Part shown: piece by piece, positions 40,170 to 49,851 of the stretch
Layout: each line of letters opens with the position of its first letter
Position numbering within the stretch: the first letter of the stretch is position 1
Source of the DNA: an uncultured Actinomycetota bacterium
GTDB taxonomy: Bacteria > Actinomycetota > Acidimicrobiia > Spongiisociales > UBA4744
Direction of reading: 5' to 3'
Length of the DNA stretch: 64,000 nt
Assembly: GCA_963718995.1 (NCBI GenBank)
Contig: CAVRAP010000019.1
Span: 32,243 to 96,242, forward strand
The notes under the pieces: generated by a model
Database searches by the model: none
The model's input: only the letters and a program-made list of their open reading frames with translations
What the model was told of the DNA's origin: nothing
Translations under genes and position numbers: made by a program

Positions 40170-41096
40170 ATGAGCACCTATCGCAAGCTGGCAGAGGTTG
40201 CCGAGTCGCAGCACGGTGTCGTTTCGCTCGAGCAAGCCCGCGACGTTGGGTTCACGGACAATCAGATCCGTTGGCTCGTCGATGGGGGTCGACTGGCACG
40301 GCCCGAACGGGGGGCGTTCTTGATCGCAGGATGCCCGGCAACCTGGGAGCGGACCGTCATGGTCGCAGTGGCCGCGGCCGGCGACGCAGCGCTGGCCTCA
40401 CACCAAACGGCCGCTTACCTCTGGGATCTGACCGGCTTCCGGCCGGATCGAATCGAAGTTGTGATGCCGCGCTGGGATCGTTCAATTCGGGCCTGTGTGG
40501 TTCACGAATCCAAAGACCTGGTTCCGGAAGATGCCGATCGGGTGAACGGCATACCGGTCACGTCCCCTGTGCGAACGGTTGTTGACCTAGGGGCCACCGC
40601 GCCCTGGCTGGTCGAAACGGCCCTCGAACGAGGGATCCGACAGGGAGTATTCCAGCTTGCCGACGTCGCATGGTTCGTGGCGCGGGTGGGGCGACGGGGT
40701 CGCAGGGGGGTCGGGGTTATCAGGCCCCTCTTGGACCAGCGAGCGCAATGGGACACCGCCACCGAGAGCGAGCTCGAGGACCTCTTCAGGAAGGCATGGT
40801 GCGCTCCCGGACGTCCTGAACCAGAGACTCAGTTCCGAATCAAGGACTCGACCGGATGTATTGTCTGCAGGGCGGACTTCGCATTTGCCGATGCCATGTT
40901 GCGGATCGAACTCGATTCCGAGGCCTATCACATGGACCGGCCCACTTTTCGAAAAGACCGGTCCATCCAGAACCGAACCGAACTACTTGGATGGCGGACT
41001 CTCCGGTACACGTGGTGGGATCTCACCACGCGCCCGGCGGAGGTGGTGCGCGAGGTGGCCAAGGCGCTGGGGATTTCGAATACCGTTCTTGCGTGA
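40170..41096 (+). CDS. AbiEi-like N-terminal domain plus DUF559/Vsr-like nuclease domain
   Basis: SQHGVVSLEQA, ASHQTAAYLW, GIPVTSPVRTVVDL, ESELE, RADFAF..IELDS..YH, GWRTLRYTW. Confidence 0.82.
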   Translation: MSTYRKLAEVAESQHGVVSLEQARDVGFTDNQIRWLVDGGRLARPERGAFLIAGCPATWERTVMVAVAAAGDAALASHQTAAYLWDLTGFRPDRIEVVMPRWDRSIRACVVHESKDLVPEDADRVNGIPVTSPVRTVVDLGATAPWLVETALERGIRQGVFQLADVAWFVARVGRRGRRGVGVIRPLLDQRAQWDTATESELEDLFRKAWCAPGRPEPETQFRIKDSTGCIVCRADFAFADAMLRIELDSEAYHMDRPTFRKDRSIQNRTELLGWRTLRYTWWDLTTRPAEVVREVAKALGISNTVLA

Positions 41097-41135
41097 GTTT
41101 CCTGCGCATATTCGCGGTTTCTCACGCAAGAACGG
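41083..41135. repeat. Palindromic repeat, right copy; contains the gene's stop codon
   Basis: 51 of 53 nt identical to 40076-40128, same orientation. Confidence 0.9.
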
Positions 41136-41140
41136 GCTGG

Positions 41141-42544
41141 CTAGAGGAGGGCGGCCGCGACCAGGAGGAAGCCGCCGAAGCCGACCAGGTCGGTGATCAG
41201 CGTGAGGAAGATACTCGACGCCTGAGCCGGGTCGGCTCCGATTTTGCGGAGTATGAGCGGGATGCTGGCTCCGGCCAGGCCCGCTATCGACACGTTCCCG
41301 AAAGCTGCGAGTGCCACGACGGCCGCGACTTCCAGGGGCGGGGCTACCGACGAAAAGATTCCGGAATCGAGGAGCAGTGCCGCGAGCCCGGCGGCCAGGA
41401 TTCCCAGGACTAGACCGTTGAGCAGGCCGACGGAGAATTGCCGCCCGATCACTTGTCCGACCTGACTGCGCGGGACGTCGTCCGTTGCCAGCGAGCGGAT
41501 GACCACGGCGAGACTCTGGAATCCGCCGTTCCCACCGAGCAGTGCGATGACCGGCATCAAGGCGGCGAGGACGGGCTCATCGCTGATGATCCCGGTCTGC
41601 CGCTCGATCACGAAGGCCACGAATAACGCCATGATGAGGTTCAGGCTGAGCCAGGGGAGCCGCATCCGCACCGATCCCAATACCGGTGTGAAGATCGTCT
41701 CGCCGGCGCCTGCCCCGGTGGCGACGGCGAAGTCTTCGCTGGCTTCAGCCTGGATGGCCTCGATCAGTTCGTCATTGGTGACCATGCCCAGCAGCCGGTT
41801 ACGAGCGTCGACGACGGGAATGCTGAACAGGTGGTACCGCTGGGTGAGATCGGCAGCCTCTTCCCGATCCGCGTAGGCATTGACCGAAACCGGGTTGGCG
41901 ATCATCGCTTCTTCCAGTCCCACTCCGGGACGCTTGAAGACCAGGTCGCGGAACGACAACACCCCGACCAGGGAGTCCTCGTCGTCAACGATGTAGACGT
42001 ACGAGAGATCTTCGAGTTCCTCGTTCATCTGCCTGACCCGCTCGATGGCCTCGCCGGCCGTCATGCCGACAGGGAGTCTGGCAACCTCGGTGGTCATCAA
42101 ACCGCCGGCCGAGTCGGGTGGATAGGCGAGCAGCCTGCGGACGTTGGCTTCCGCGGGGTCGCTCATTGCATTGAGAATCTCGTCGCGCGCTTCCGGTTCC
42201 AGGGCCGCGACAAGGTCTGCGGCTTCGTCGGCCGGCATCCCTTCGAGGAAGTCGGCAGCCGTTTCCAGGTCGAGTTCTTCGAGGATGTCCGCAGCCAGGT
42301 CGTCCTGCATTTCCTCGAGAACTTCCGCGGCTTGATCCGGGTGCAGGTCGGCGAGGAGATCAGTCGCTGCGTCCTCGCCCAACTCTTCGAGGATGTCGGC
42401 GGCGTCGTGGGGGTCGGCCTCGGCGATGGCCGTCCACTCCTCGGAGTGGGTGTCCAGGTACTCCTCGACCTCACGCGGCGCGTGGCGGGCGCGACGGCGC
42501 AGCAGTTGGGCAACCTCGCGCGGTCGACGCGGTCGCAACTTCAT
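41141..42544 (-). CDS. mgtE: Magnesium transporter MgtE
   Basis: YPPDSAGGLMT, CBS pair, RLPWL, GGNGGFQS, DPA.AS..FLTLITD. Confidence 0.93.
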   Translation of the reverse strand: MKLRPRRPREVAQLLRRRARHAPREVEEYLDTHSEEWTAIAEADPHDAADILEELGEDAATDLLADLHPDQAAEVLEEMQDDLAADILEELDLETAADFLEGMPADEAADLVAALEPEARDEILNAMSDPAEANVRRLLAYPPDSAGGLMTTEVARLPVGMTAGEAIERVRQMNEELEDLSYVYIVDDEDSLVGVLSFRDLVFKRPGVGLEEAMIANPVSVNAYADREEAADLTQRYHLFSIPVVDARNRLLGMVTNDELIEAIQAEASEDFAVATGAGAGETIFTPVLGSVRMRLPWLSLNLIMALFVAFVIERQTGIISDEPVLAALMPVIALLGGNGGFQSLAVVIRSLATDDVPRSQVGQVIGRQFSVGLLNGLVLGILAAGLAALLLDSGIFSSVAPPLEVAAVVALAAFGNVSIAGLAGASIPLILRKIGADPAQASSIFLTLITDLVGFGGFLLVAAALL

Positions 42545-42665
42545 GATGCCCGAATGTTCAGCACGGAAACCTCCACCTGCCCGACAAGCGCCGTGAGGCG
42601 TGGTTCAGGCTAATGCCTTCAGGTTGGCCGGCTCGTTACCTCAGGGCTTCGGCCGGGTGCCGGGA

Positions 42666-43142
42666 TCAGCCTTCAAAGGGTCGAATGGCGGTGACGGTCA
42701 TCGAGAAGGTGCCGCCCGGGGCCTCATACGACACCTCGTCGTTGATGCGGGCTCCGAGCAGTGCCTTTCCGAGAGGCCCGCCTGGAGAGGCGAGGAGGAA
42801 GTCGGGAACCCTGTTCTCGGCGGGGGCGACGAAGTATTCGGAGATTTCACCGTCGGGGTCGGTAACGGTGACGATCGAGCCGATCTCCACCCGGCCGGTG
42901 TCTTCCACGTCCCGAACCTCTGCACTGTCGAGGAGGTGTCGGATCTGTCTGATCCGCGCCTCCATCATGCCTTGCTCGTTCTTGGCGGCGTCGTAGTCTG
43001 CGTTCTCGCGGATGTCTCCGTGCGAACGGGCTTCCGCGATGCGTTCAGATATCTCATGCCGGGCGTCACCCTGCAGGTGGGCAAGTTCTTCCTGCAGTTT
43101 TTGGTGAGCAGTCGGCGTGAGCCAGGTGGTCTCGTCGGTCAT
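42666..43142 (-). CDS. greA: Transcription elongation factor GreA
   Basis: ARSHGDIRENADYDAAKNEQ, SP.GPLGKALLG. Confidence 0.95.
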   Translation of the reverse strand: MTDETTWLTPTAHQKLQEELAHLQGDARHEISERIAEARSHGDIRENADYDAAKNEQGMMEARIRQIRHLLDSAEVRDVEDTGRVEIGSIVTVTDPDGEISEYFVAPAENRVPDFLLASPGGPLGKALLGARINDEVSYEAPGGTFSMTVTAIRPFEG

Positions 43143-43161
43143 GACCGGGCAGGATAGCTCT

Positions 43162-44067
43162 ATGCGCGAGAAATCGAACGAACGATTGGGGTCCGCAGTC
43201 GGACTGGCCATCTTCGCGGCCGTTTTGTGGGGAGTGAGCGGGGCGGTCGCGGCCGACGCTTTCGAGGAGGTAGCTCCAACCAGGGTTGCGCAGGTGCGGT
43301 CGTTGGTGGCCCTCGCTTTTCTCGTTCCCTATGCGTGGCGCCGGGGTTTGTTGCGAACTCAAGGGGCCGGACGCCAGCTCGTTGCGTTCGGATTGATTCT
43401 CGCCACGGTGCACGTCACCTACTACTGGGCGCTGCAGCGACTGGGGGTGGGGCCCGGCGTCACCGTCCAGTTCCTGGGACCGATCCTGGTGCTGATTTGG
43501 ATGACTGTGGTCCAGAAACGGCCCGTTCCCCGGCCCCTCTGGGTGGCCGGGCTGGCGGCTCTGGCCGGCACGATCATGGTCACCAGGGCGTGGGATTTCG
43601 CCGCGCTGGATCTCCTCGGAGTCGGCGCCGGGCTGGCTTCTGCGATCACGTTTGGTGCATATCTCTTGACGGGCGAACACCTCACCCGGCGGTTGTCTCC
43701 GGTGACGTTGTTGACCTATGGGTTTCTGGTTGCGGCCCTCTTCTGGTTGGTAGCGCAGCCACTGTGGGACTTTCCGACGGACCTCTCGTCGAAGGCTTGG
43801 ATCGAATTGCTGTGGGTCGGGGTGGTGGGAACCCTGATCCCCTTCCTGGCCACCATGGCCGCGCTGAAACGGGCCTCAGCCGGGACCGTCGGGGTGGTCG
43901 CCTCCATCGAACCGGTTGTCGCGGCCGTCGCCGCCTGGTTGCTCCTGGCCCAATCGCTGGTGGCCGTCCAAATCGCCGGCGGGTTGCTGGTCGTTGGGGC
44001 CGTCGCCGTCGTTCAACGGTGGGGCGTGCCCGAGGTCGAAGTGGTGCCTCTCGACTCGGTCCGGTGA
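43162..44067 (+). CDS. EamA/DMT transporter
   Basis: Many hydrophobic helices, LWGVSG, SIEPVVA. Confidence 0.85.
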   Translation: MREKSNERLGSAVGLAIFAAVLWGVSGAVAADAFEEVAPTRVAQVRSLVALAFLVPYAWRRGLLRTQGAGRQLVAFGLILATVHVTYYWALQRLGVGPGVTVQFLGPILVLIWMTVVQKRPVPRPLWVAGLAALAGTIMVTRAWDFAALDLLGVGAGLASAITFGAYLLTGEHLTRRLSPVTLLTYGFLVAALFWLVAQPLWDFPTDLSSKAWIELLWVGVVGTLIPFLATMAALKRASAGTVGVVASIEPVVAAVAAWLLLAQSLVAVQIAGGLLVVGAVAVVQRWGVPEVEVVPLDSVR

Positions 44068-44091
44068 AAGGCGCTTCAGGAGGTTCGGTCT

Positions 44092-44607
44092 GTGACTTCA
44101 GTTGATCACATCCAACTTCGTCCTCTGGCGGGCGACGACCACGATCACATCACGTGGGCCCTGTACGCCGCGATCGGCTGGGATCGAGAGGGCCAACTGC
44201 CACCTCATGACATAGTTCTCAGCCATCCGGACGTGACCAGGTATCACGAAGGCTGGGGCCGCTCCGGCGACATCGGTATGGTGGCAGAGGCTGACGGGGT
44301 TTTCGCTGGGATCGCCTTTTGCCGACTATTCACGGCCGCCGACCACGGCTACGGCTATGTCGATGATGCCACTCCAGAGTTGGCGGTGGCCGTCGAGGAG
44401 GATTGGCGCGGACGCGGGGTCGGGACCTTGCTCTTGAACGGCCTCGCTACCGAAGTCCGCCGGGCCGGGTTTGGTGCCCTCAGCCTGAGCGTCGACCCGG
44501 CCAATCCGGCACGGCGCTTGTACGAGCGGTTGGGTTACCGGGAGGTAGCGGTCGACGAACCGGGGGTTCGCATGCTCCTCGAGCTCCGGGAGGCTAGCCG
44601 GGAGTAG
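44092..44607 (+). CDS. GNAT acetyltransferase
   Basis: WRGRGVGTLLL, LSLSVDPANPARRLYERLG. Confidence 0.88.
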   Translation: MTSVDHIQLRPLAGDDHDHITWALYAAIGWDREGQLPPHDIVLSHPDVTRYHEGWGRSGDIGMVAEADGVFAGIAFCRLFTAADHGYGYVDDATPELAVAVEEDWRGRGVGTLLLNGLATEVRRAGFGALSLSVDPANPARRLYERLGYREVAVDEPGVRMLLELREASRE

Positions 44608-44926
44608 ATCCCCCCAGTGCTCTGCTGAGCACAGCCAGACGTTCGGGAACGGCCCGGTAGTAGACCCACCTTCCCCGTTTCTCCCTCTCGACGAGACCTG
44701 CCTCGAACAGCACCTTGAGATGGTGGCTGACCGTTGGTTGGGAGACGCCGATCGGTTCGACCAGATCGCACGCGGCGCACGCTTCGCCCAGGTTGGCGAT
44801 GACACTGAGCAGGCGGAGTCGGGCCGGGTCCCCCAGGACCCGGAACCATCCGGCCAAGTGGGTGGCCTGGCCCTTTTCGAGTGGTTCTTCAACCAAAGGT
44901 GCACAGCATTCGACGATGGGTTGCAT
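44594..44926 (-). CDS. ArsR/SmtB regulator, arsenic-type
   Basis: N-terminal ECC, LGDPARLRLL, ACAACDL, SQPTVSHHLKVL, RGRWVYY. Confidence 0.9.
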   Translation of the reverse strand: MQPIVECCAPLVEEPLEKGQATHLAGWFRVLGDPARLRLLSVIANLGEACAACDLVEPIGVSQPTVSHHLKVLFEAGLVEREKRGRWVYYRAVPERLAVLSRALGGSTPG

Positions 44927-44941
44927 GCTCCGATGATCTCA

Positions 44942-44963
44942 CATATCGATGATCATCGCTATG
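44942..44963. promoter_or_regulatory. Palindromic operator between arsR and selD
   Basis: CATATCGATGA|TCATCGCTATG, 10 of 11 pairs. Confidence 0.65.
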
Positions 44964-45017
44964 AATCGGCCGGTCTCGGAGGGGGATGTGGGAGACTGCC
45001 GGTCGGAAAGGAGGTGC

Positions 45018-46064
45018 ATGGTGGCGGTGAAACTGACCGAGTTTTCGCACGGCAGCGGTTGAGCTTGCAAGCTCGGCCCTGACGAGCTGGCGCAGGTCTT
45101 GCGCCCCTTGCACAACCATCCAACCACGGTCCACCCCGACCTGGTCGTCGGCCTCAATACCGGCGACGACGCCGGGGTCCTGCGCTTGCCCGACGGACGT
45201 CTCATGGTGCAGACGGTGGACTACTTCACTCCTGTGGTCGACGATCCCAACGATTGGGGACGGATCGCTGCGGCCAATGCACTTTCGGATATCTACGCCA
45301 TGGGCGCCACCCCGAGCACCGCTTTGCAGCTCATCGGCTGGCCGCGCGACAAGCTCTCCTTCGAGCTACTCGGCGAGGTGATCGTGGGCGGGATCGGCAC
45401 ATTGGAAGAGGCCGGCTGTCTGTTGATCGGCGGTCACTCGATCGACGCTCCCGAACCGACGTACGGGTTTGCCGTCACCGGGTTCGTCGACCCGGACCAA
45501 CTCACGTCCAACGGTGGAGCCCGTCCCGGCGATCGGCTGGTCCTCACCAAACCGATCGGGACGGGCATCATCTCAACGGCGGTCAAGAACGGCCGCGCCG
45601 ATCCGGCGGTCATCGCCGAGGCCATCGAGGTGATGGCGGAACTCAACGCCGGTGCGGCTCGCGCCATGGCCGCCGTCGGCGTTCATGCGGCGACCGATGT
45701 GACCGGCTTCGGTCTCCTCGGCCACCTGGGGGAGATGCTGATGGCGAGTGGGGTGGCCGCGGTCGTCGAGCACCATGCCGTGCCGCTCATCGAAGGTACA
45801 CGGGAACTGGCCGAGGCCGGTGTCGTGCCAGGAGGGACGGGCCGAAACCTGATTGCGGCTGAGCGGTTCACCGACTTCGGCGGACTCGATGCTGCCGATC
45901 GGCTCATCCTGGCCGACGCCCAGACGAGTGGCGGCTTGCTGATTGCGGTTGCCGCCGCCAAGGCTCTCGAACTGACTGAAGCACTCGCGGCTGAGCACAC
46001 CCGCGCCGCGGCCATCGTTGGTGAGATCGTCGAGGATCGACCCGGCACTATCGACGTCCGCTAG
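45018..46064 (+). CDS. selD: Selenophosphate synthetase, selenocysteine-containing (UGA at 45060-45062)
   Basis: AAGGAGG RBS; MVAVKLTEFSHGSG-U-ACKLGP in frame with ORF 45099; DDAGV, QTVDYFTP, AANALSDIYAMG, DAQTSGGLL. Confidence 0.95.
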
Positions 46065-46071
46065 GCGACCG

Positions 46072-47271
46072 ATGGCCGACGAATCGAAACAGGGGTTTGG
46101 AAGACAGACCTGGGCACTGACCGTGGCGATCGCCTTCGTGATGACCGGGGTGAGCCTGGTCGCCCCGATTCTCCCCCTGTACGCCCTCGAATTCGACGTC
46201 AGCTACACAGCCGCGGGTGCGCTGATCACCGGGTTCGCCATGGCGCGTTTGATGTTCAGTCTGCTGGGTGGTGTAGCCGGTGACCGGTTCGGCGCTCGCC
46301 GGATAGCCGTCGGGGGAGCCCTCCTGCTCACCGTTTCGAGCGTGACCGCGGCCCTCGCCCCTTCGTACGGCGTTTTGCTGGCGTCACGCTTCGTCGAGGG
46401 CATGGGATCGGCGATCCTCGCCACGACGGCCTCTCAATATCTGGTGCAGACGACACCGAAGGCGCGCCTGGGACGGACGATGGCCCTCTATCAGACCGGC
46501 CTGTTGATCGGGGTAGCGATCGGTCCCTTCATCGGCGGCCGGCTTGCCGAGGCGGGGGACTTCCGAACCCCTTTCTGGGCGTATTCGGTGCTGGGTCTGG
46601 TGGTTGCGGTGCTGGTGGTCCTTTTCATCACCGACTTGCCCCCGTCGGGTAAGACCGTCGGTGAGTCGTTTCGCGCCACGGGCCAGATCCTCAAAATGCC
46701 GTCGTTCCGGGTCCTGCTGTTCGTGGCTTTCTCTCTGTTCGTGATGAGAGGGGGAGCGAGGATCACCCTCATTCCGCTGTTCGGCGCCGAGGTGGTTGGC
46801 CTGACTCCCGCGCAGATTGGCGACGTCTTGTCGCTGTCGGCAGTCACCAACCTGTTGATCGTCAATCCGGGAGGTCAGTTGGTCGACCGGATAGGGCGCA
46901 AACCGGTGGCCGTCTGGGGTTTGATCCTCGCTGGTTTGACCACTGCCGCGTACGGTTTCTTCGATACCTATGGTTCTCTGCTGGCCGTTTCGGCGGTGTT
47001 CGGGCTCGCCTCGGGCCTGGCGTCGATCCCACCTCCGACCATGGTGGGAGATCTGGCTCCATCCGGGGCGGAAGGTTCGGCGGTCGGCCTCTATCGAACG
47101 TCTGGCGACCTGGGGTTCATCGTTGGGCCGCTGGTCATGGGCGCCGTTGCCGATGCCGGGGCCTTCTCGAGCGGATTCATTGTGAGCGGTGTTCTTCTGG
47201 GTGTTGCCGCGCTGGTCGTTTCGAGGATTCCCGAGACCCGCCAGGGGGCGGGTACCGTACGTGGCAAATGA
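46072..47271 (+). CDS. MFS transporter
   Basis: MFS loop motifs [10 protein letters not shown] and [10 protein letters not shown]; hydrophobic helices throughout. Confidence 0.88.
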   Translation: MADESKQGFGRQTWALTVAIAFVMTGVSLVAPILPLYALEFDVSYTAAGALITGFAMARLMFSLLGGVAGDRFGARRIAVGGALLLTVSSVTAALAPSYGVLLASRFVEGMGSAILATTASQYLVQTTPKARLGRTMALYQTGLLIGVAIGPFIGGRLAEAGDFRTPFWAYSVLGLVVAVLVVLFITDLPPSGKTVGESFRATGQILKMPSFRVLLFVAFSLFVMRGGARITLIPLFGAEVVGLTPAQIGDVLSLSAVTNLLIVNPGGQLVDRIGRKPVAVWGLILAGLTTAAYGFFDTYGSLLAVSAVFGLASGLASIPPPTMVGDLAPSGAEGSAVGLYRTSGDLGFIVGPLVMGAVADAGAFSSGFIVSGVLLGVAALVVSRIPETRQGAGTVRGK

Positions 47272-47693
47272 CCGACCGCGACCGTTTGGACAAGATCGCC
47301 GCCGCCCTGTCGATAGGTGTCGCCCCGCGTCACATATTCCTCTGCGCCCAGCAGTCGACGCCTCGCTGCTCGACGGCCGTGCAAAGCGCTGAAGTCTGGA
47401 CCTTCCTGAAGAACCGGCTCAAGGAGCTGGACCTCACGAGTCCTCCGCCACGGTGGAGGGGAGACTTTTCGATGGAAGCACCGGCGCCGGCGGTTGGGAA
47501 CGGCATCGTACTGAGGAGCAAGGTGGACTGTTTTCGAGTCTGTGAACAGGGCCCCATCGCGGTCGTCTATCCGGACGGCGTGTGGTACCACTCGGTCGAC
47601 GTCGATGTGATGGAACGCATCATCGAGGAGCACCTCATCGGTGGGGAACCGGTGGCCGAGTACGTATTTGCGACCGGCCAAATGGATTTCTGA
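47268..47693 (+). CDS. Thioredoxin-like [2Fe-2S] ferredoxin
   Basis: [28 protein letters not shown]. Confidence 0.85.
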   Translation: MTDRDRLDKIAAALSIGVAPRHIFLCAQQSTPRCSTAVQSAEVWTFLKNRLKELDLTSPPPRWRGDFSMEAPAPAVGNGIVLRSKVDCFRVCEQGPIAVVYPDGVWYHSVDVDVMERIIEEHLIGGEPVAEYVFATGQMDF

Positions 47694-47708
47694 ATTGAGG
47701 AGATCGGC

Positions 47709-48641
47709 ATGAGCAAGTTCTGGAAGTGGACGCTCGGAGTAGCCGCCTTTTGGAGGCTCTTCGGCCCCGAGCTGGGACACCGGTACACCGCCAAGCAGGA
47801 GCACCCGCTCCGGGTGCCCGGCCGCACCGTGTTTGTCGGAGACCGGGAATTCTTTCTCCGGGAAACGGGCCCCGGCGACGGTCCGATCCTGATCCTGATT
47901 CATGGACTTGGGAACAACTCGCTGGAGAACTGGTACGAGTTGATCAAACGGCTTCAGCATCGCTACCGGATCGTTTCCGTCGATATGCGCAATCACGGCA
48001 AGAGCGACAAACCGCGCGAACGCTTCGAGATAGGACGGATGGCCGACGAAGTGGCAGGCATGATGGACGCGGTCGGCATCGACCGGGCGGCGGTGGCCGG
48101 GTTCTCGATGGGTGGCATGATTGCCCAGGAACTGGCTCATCGTCATCCGCACCGGGTGTCACGAATGGTGCTGATGGGGACAACCTCCCATCACAGCGAC
48201 AAGGTCAAAGTGGTGAGATGGTTCGGCTTCGTACTTGGTCGGGCTTTGGAGCGTCTGACCGGCAAGTCGCTCTCCCTGTTCACCTACCGGTACATGATGC
48301 TGACGGGGGCGGTCCCCGCCCGGTACGACCGGTGGTATCGCGAAAAGACCCTGGATCGGGACGCCGACCTCTACTTCGAGGCAGCCTTTGCCGTTATCAA
48401 CTTCGATAGCCGCGAGTGGGTGGGGCGACTGGACATCCCTGCATTGGTCATTATCTCGGTGAAGGATCAGCTCGTGCCCGTCTCGTGGCAGTACGACCTG
48501 GCCGGAAGGCTGAAGGACGCCGAAGTCGTCGAATTGGTCGACGGTGGCCACGAACATCCGTGGACGCACGCGGATCGGATTGCTGCGGCGATGGACCACT
48601 TCATCGGCGGACCAAACCTGCGGGTCGTCGAAGCGTCGTAG
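47709..48641 (+). CDS. Alpha/beta hydrolase
   Basis: LIHGLG, DMRNHG, GFSMGG. Confidence 0.9.
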   Translation: MSKFWKWTLGVAAFWRLFGPELGHRYTAKQEHPLRVPGRTVFVGDREFFLRETGPGDGPILILIHGLGNNSLENWYELIKRLQHRYRIVSVDMRNHGKSDKPRERFEIGRMADEVAGMMDAVGIDRAAVAGFSMGGMIAQELAHRHPHRVSRMVLMGTTSHHSDKVKVVRWFGFVLGRALERLTGKSLSLFTYRYMMLTGAVPARYDRWYREKTLDRDADLYFEAAFAVINFDSREWVGRLDIPALVIISVKDQLVPVSWQYDLAGRLKDAEVVELVDGGHEHPWTHADRIAAAMDHFIGGPNLRVVEAS

Positions 48642-48736
48642 TCAGCGTCAGTTGTCAGTTGTCAGCCGTCGAGCAGCAACTGGTAACTGATCACTGGTTC
48701 CCACGATGTTGGGGCATCCCCTGCCATCATGGGCTC

Positions 48737-49216
48737 ATGACCGCTCCACCGGCCATCCAGGACACGTATCCGGAGGATGTGGCGCACTGTTACGGATGCG
48801 GCCGCCTCAACGCGCACGGTTACCGGATCAAGACCCGGGCCCACGGGGAGGGAACCCTCACCGAGTTCGCTCCGGAGAGTTTCCATACGGCCATACCCGG
48901 GTACATGTACGGTGGGCTCATCGCCAGTCTCATCGACTGCCATTCCACCGGTTCGGCTGCCATCTTCTCCATGCAGGATGCCGGCGTTGAAGTCGGCAGT
49001 GCGCCTTCTCCGCGGTTTCTCACCGCGCACCTCGAAGTCGACTACCTGGAACCAACTCCGCTCGATCGGGTGACGCTGATCGGCAAAGCTGTCGAGGTCC
49101 GGGACCGCAAAGTCATTGTTGTTTCCGAATTCGTCGTCGGCGGCGAAGTTACGGCGCGTGGCTACGCCGTTCTGGTCAAGATGCCCGAGGGCATGATTGA
49201 GGCCCTTTCCGACTGA
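48737..49216 (+). CDS. PaaI-type hot-dog thioesterase
   Basis: HCYGCG..N.HG, YGGLIASLIDCH, TAHLEVDYL.PTP. Confidence 0.85.
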   Translation: MTAPPAIQDTYPEDVAHCYGCGRLNAHGYRIKTRAHGEGTLTEFAPESFHTAIPGYMYGGLIASLIDCHSTGSAAIFSMQDAGVEVGSAPSPRFLTAHLEVDYLEPTPLDRVTLIGKAVEVRDRKVIVVSEFVVGGEVTARGYAVLVKMPEGMIEALSD

Positions 49217-49247
49217 CCGGGGCTGGTCGGTCCGCTACGGTCAGGGG

Positions 49248-49781
49248 ATGGACTTGCCTCCCGTGCTGCTCTCCCAGGACGAGATCGCTGATCGGGTCGG
49301 TCACCTCGCCGCCGAGATCGATGCGGCGTACGCAGGTGCGGAACAGTTGGTGCTGATCGGGGTACTCAAGGGTTCGTTCATCTTTCTCTCGGATCTGGCC
49401 AGAAAAATCACGATCCCCCACCGGGTCGAGTTCATTGCCGTTTCCAGCTACGGCGCCAAGGAGAGCGAAGCAGCCGATCCGGTGCGTCTCATCATGGATG
49501 TGCGCCATGCCATCGACGGCGAGCACGTCCTGATCGTCGAAGACATCGTCGATACCGGTCACACGCTGGCCTACCTGCGCCGGCTCTTTGAGGTGCGCAG
49601 CCCGGCTTCCCTCAAGATCTGCACGCTGTTGCACAAGCCGGACCGCACCGAACAAGAGATTGCACTGGACTTCCTCGGCTTCACCATCCCGGATGTTTGG
49701 GTGGTCGGTTACGGCCTCGATTACGCCGAGCGTTACCGGACCCTGCCCTTCATCGGCCGGCTTCCACCCGAGATGCGTTGA
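49248..49781 (+). CDS. hpt: Hypoxanthine phosphoribosyltransferase
   Basis: GVLKGSFIF, VLIVEDIVDTGHTL, VGYGLDY..RYR. Confidence 0.95.
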   Translation: MDLPPVLLSQDEIADRVGHLAAEIDAAYAGAEQLVLIGVLKGSFIFLSDLARKITIPHRVEFIAVSSYGAKESEAADPVRLIMDVRHAIDGEHVLIVEDIVDTGHTLAYLRRLFEVRSPASLKICTLLHKPDRTEQEIALDFLGFTIPDVWVVGYGLDYAERYRTLPFIGRLPPEMR

Positions 49782-49851
49782 CCCGGCGGAACCGCCGTCT
49801 CAATGGGTTCCCCGGCCCGATCAGCTCTCCATCCTTCTATCCTGTTGGGAC

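Noticed and set aside
40070-41135. CRISPR array or classical insertion sequence
   Set aside because: Only two repeats 1 kb apart, no spacers or cas genes; the repeats are direct, and the gene has no DDE or HUH motif.
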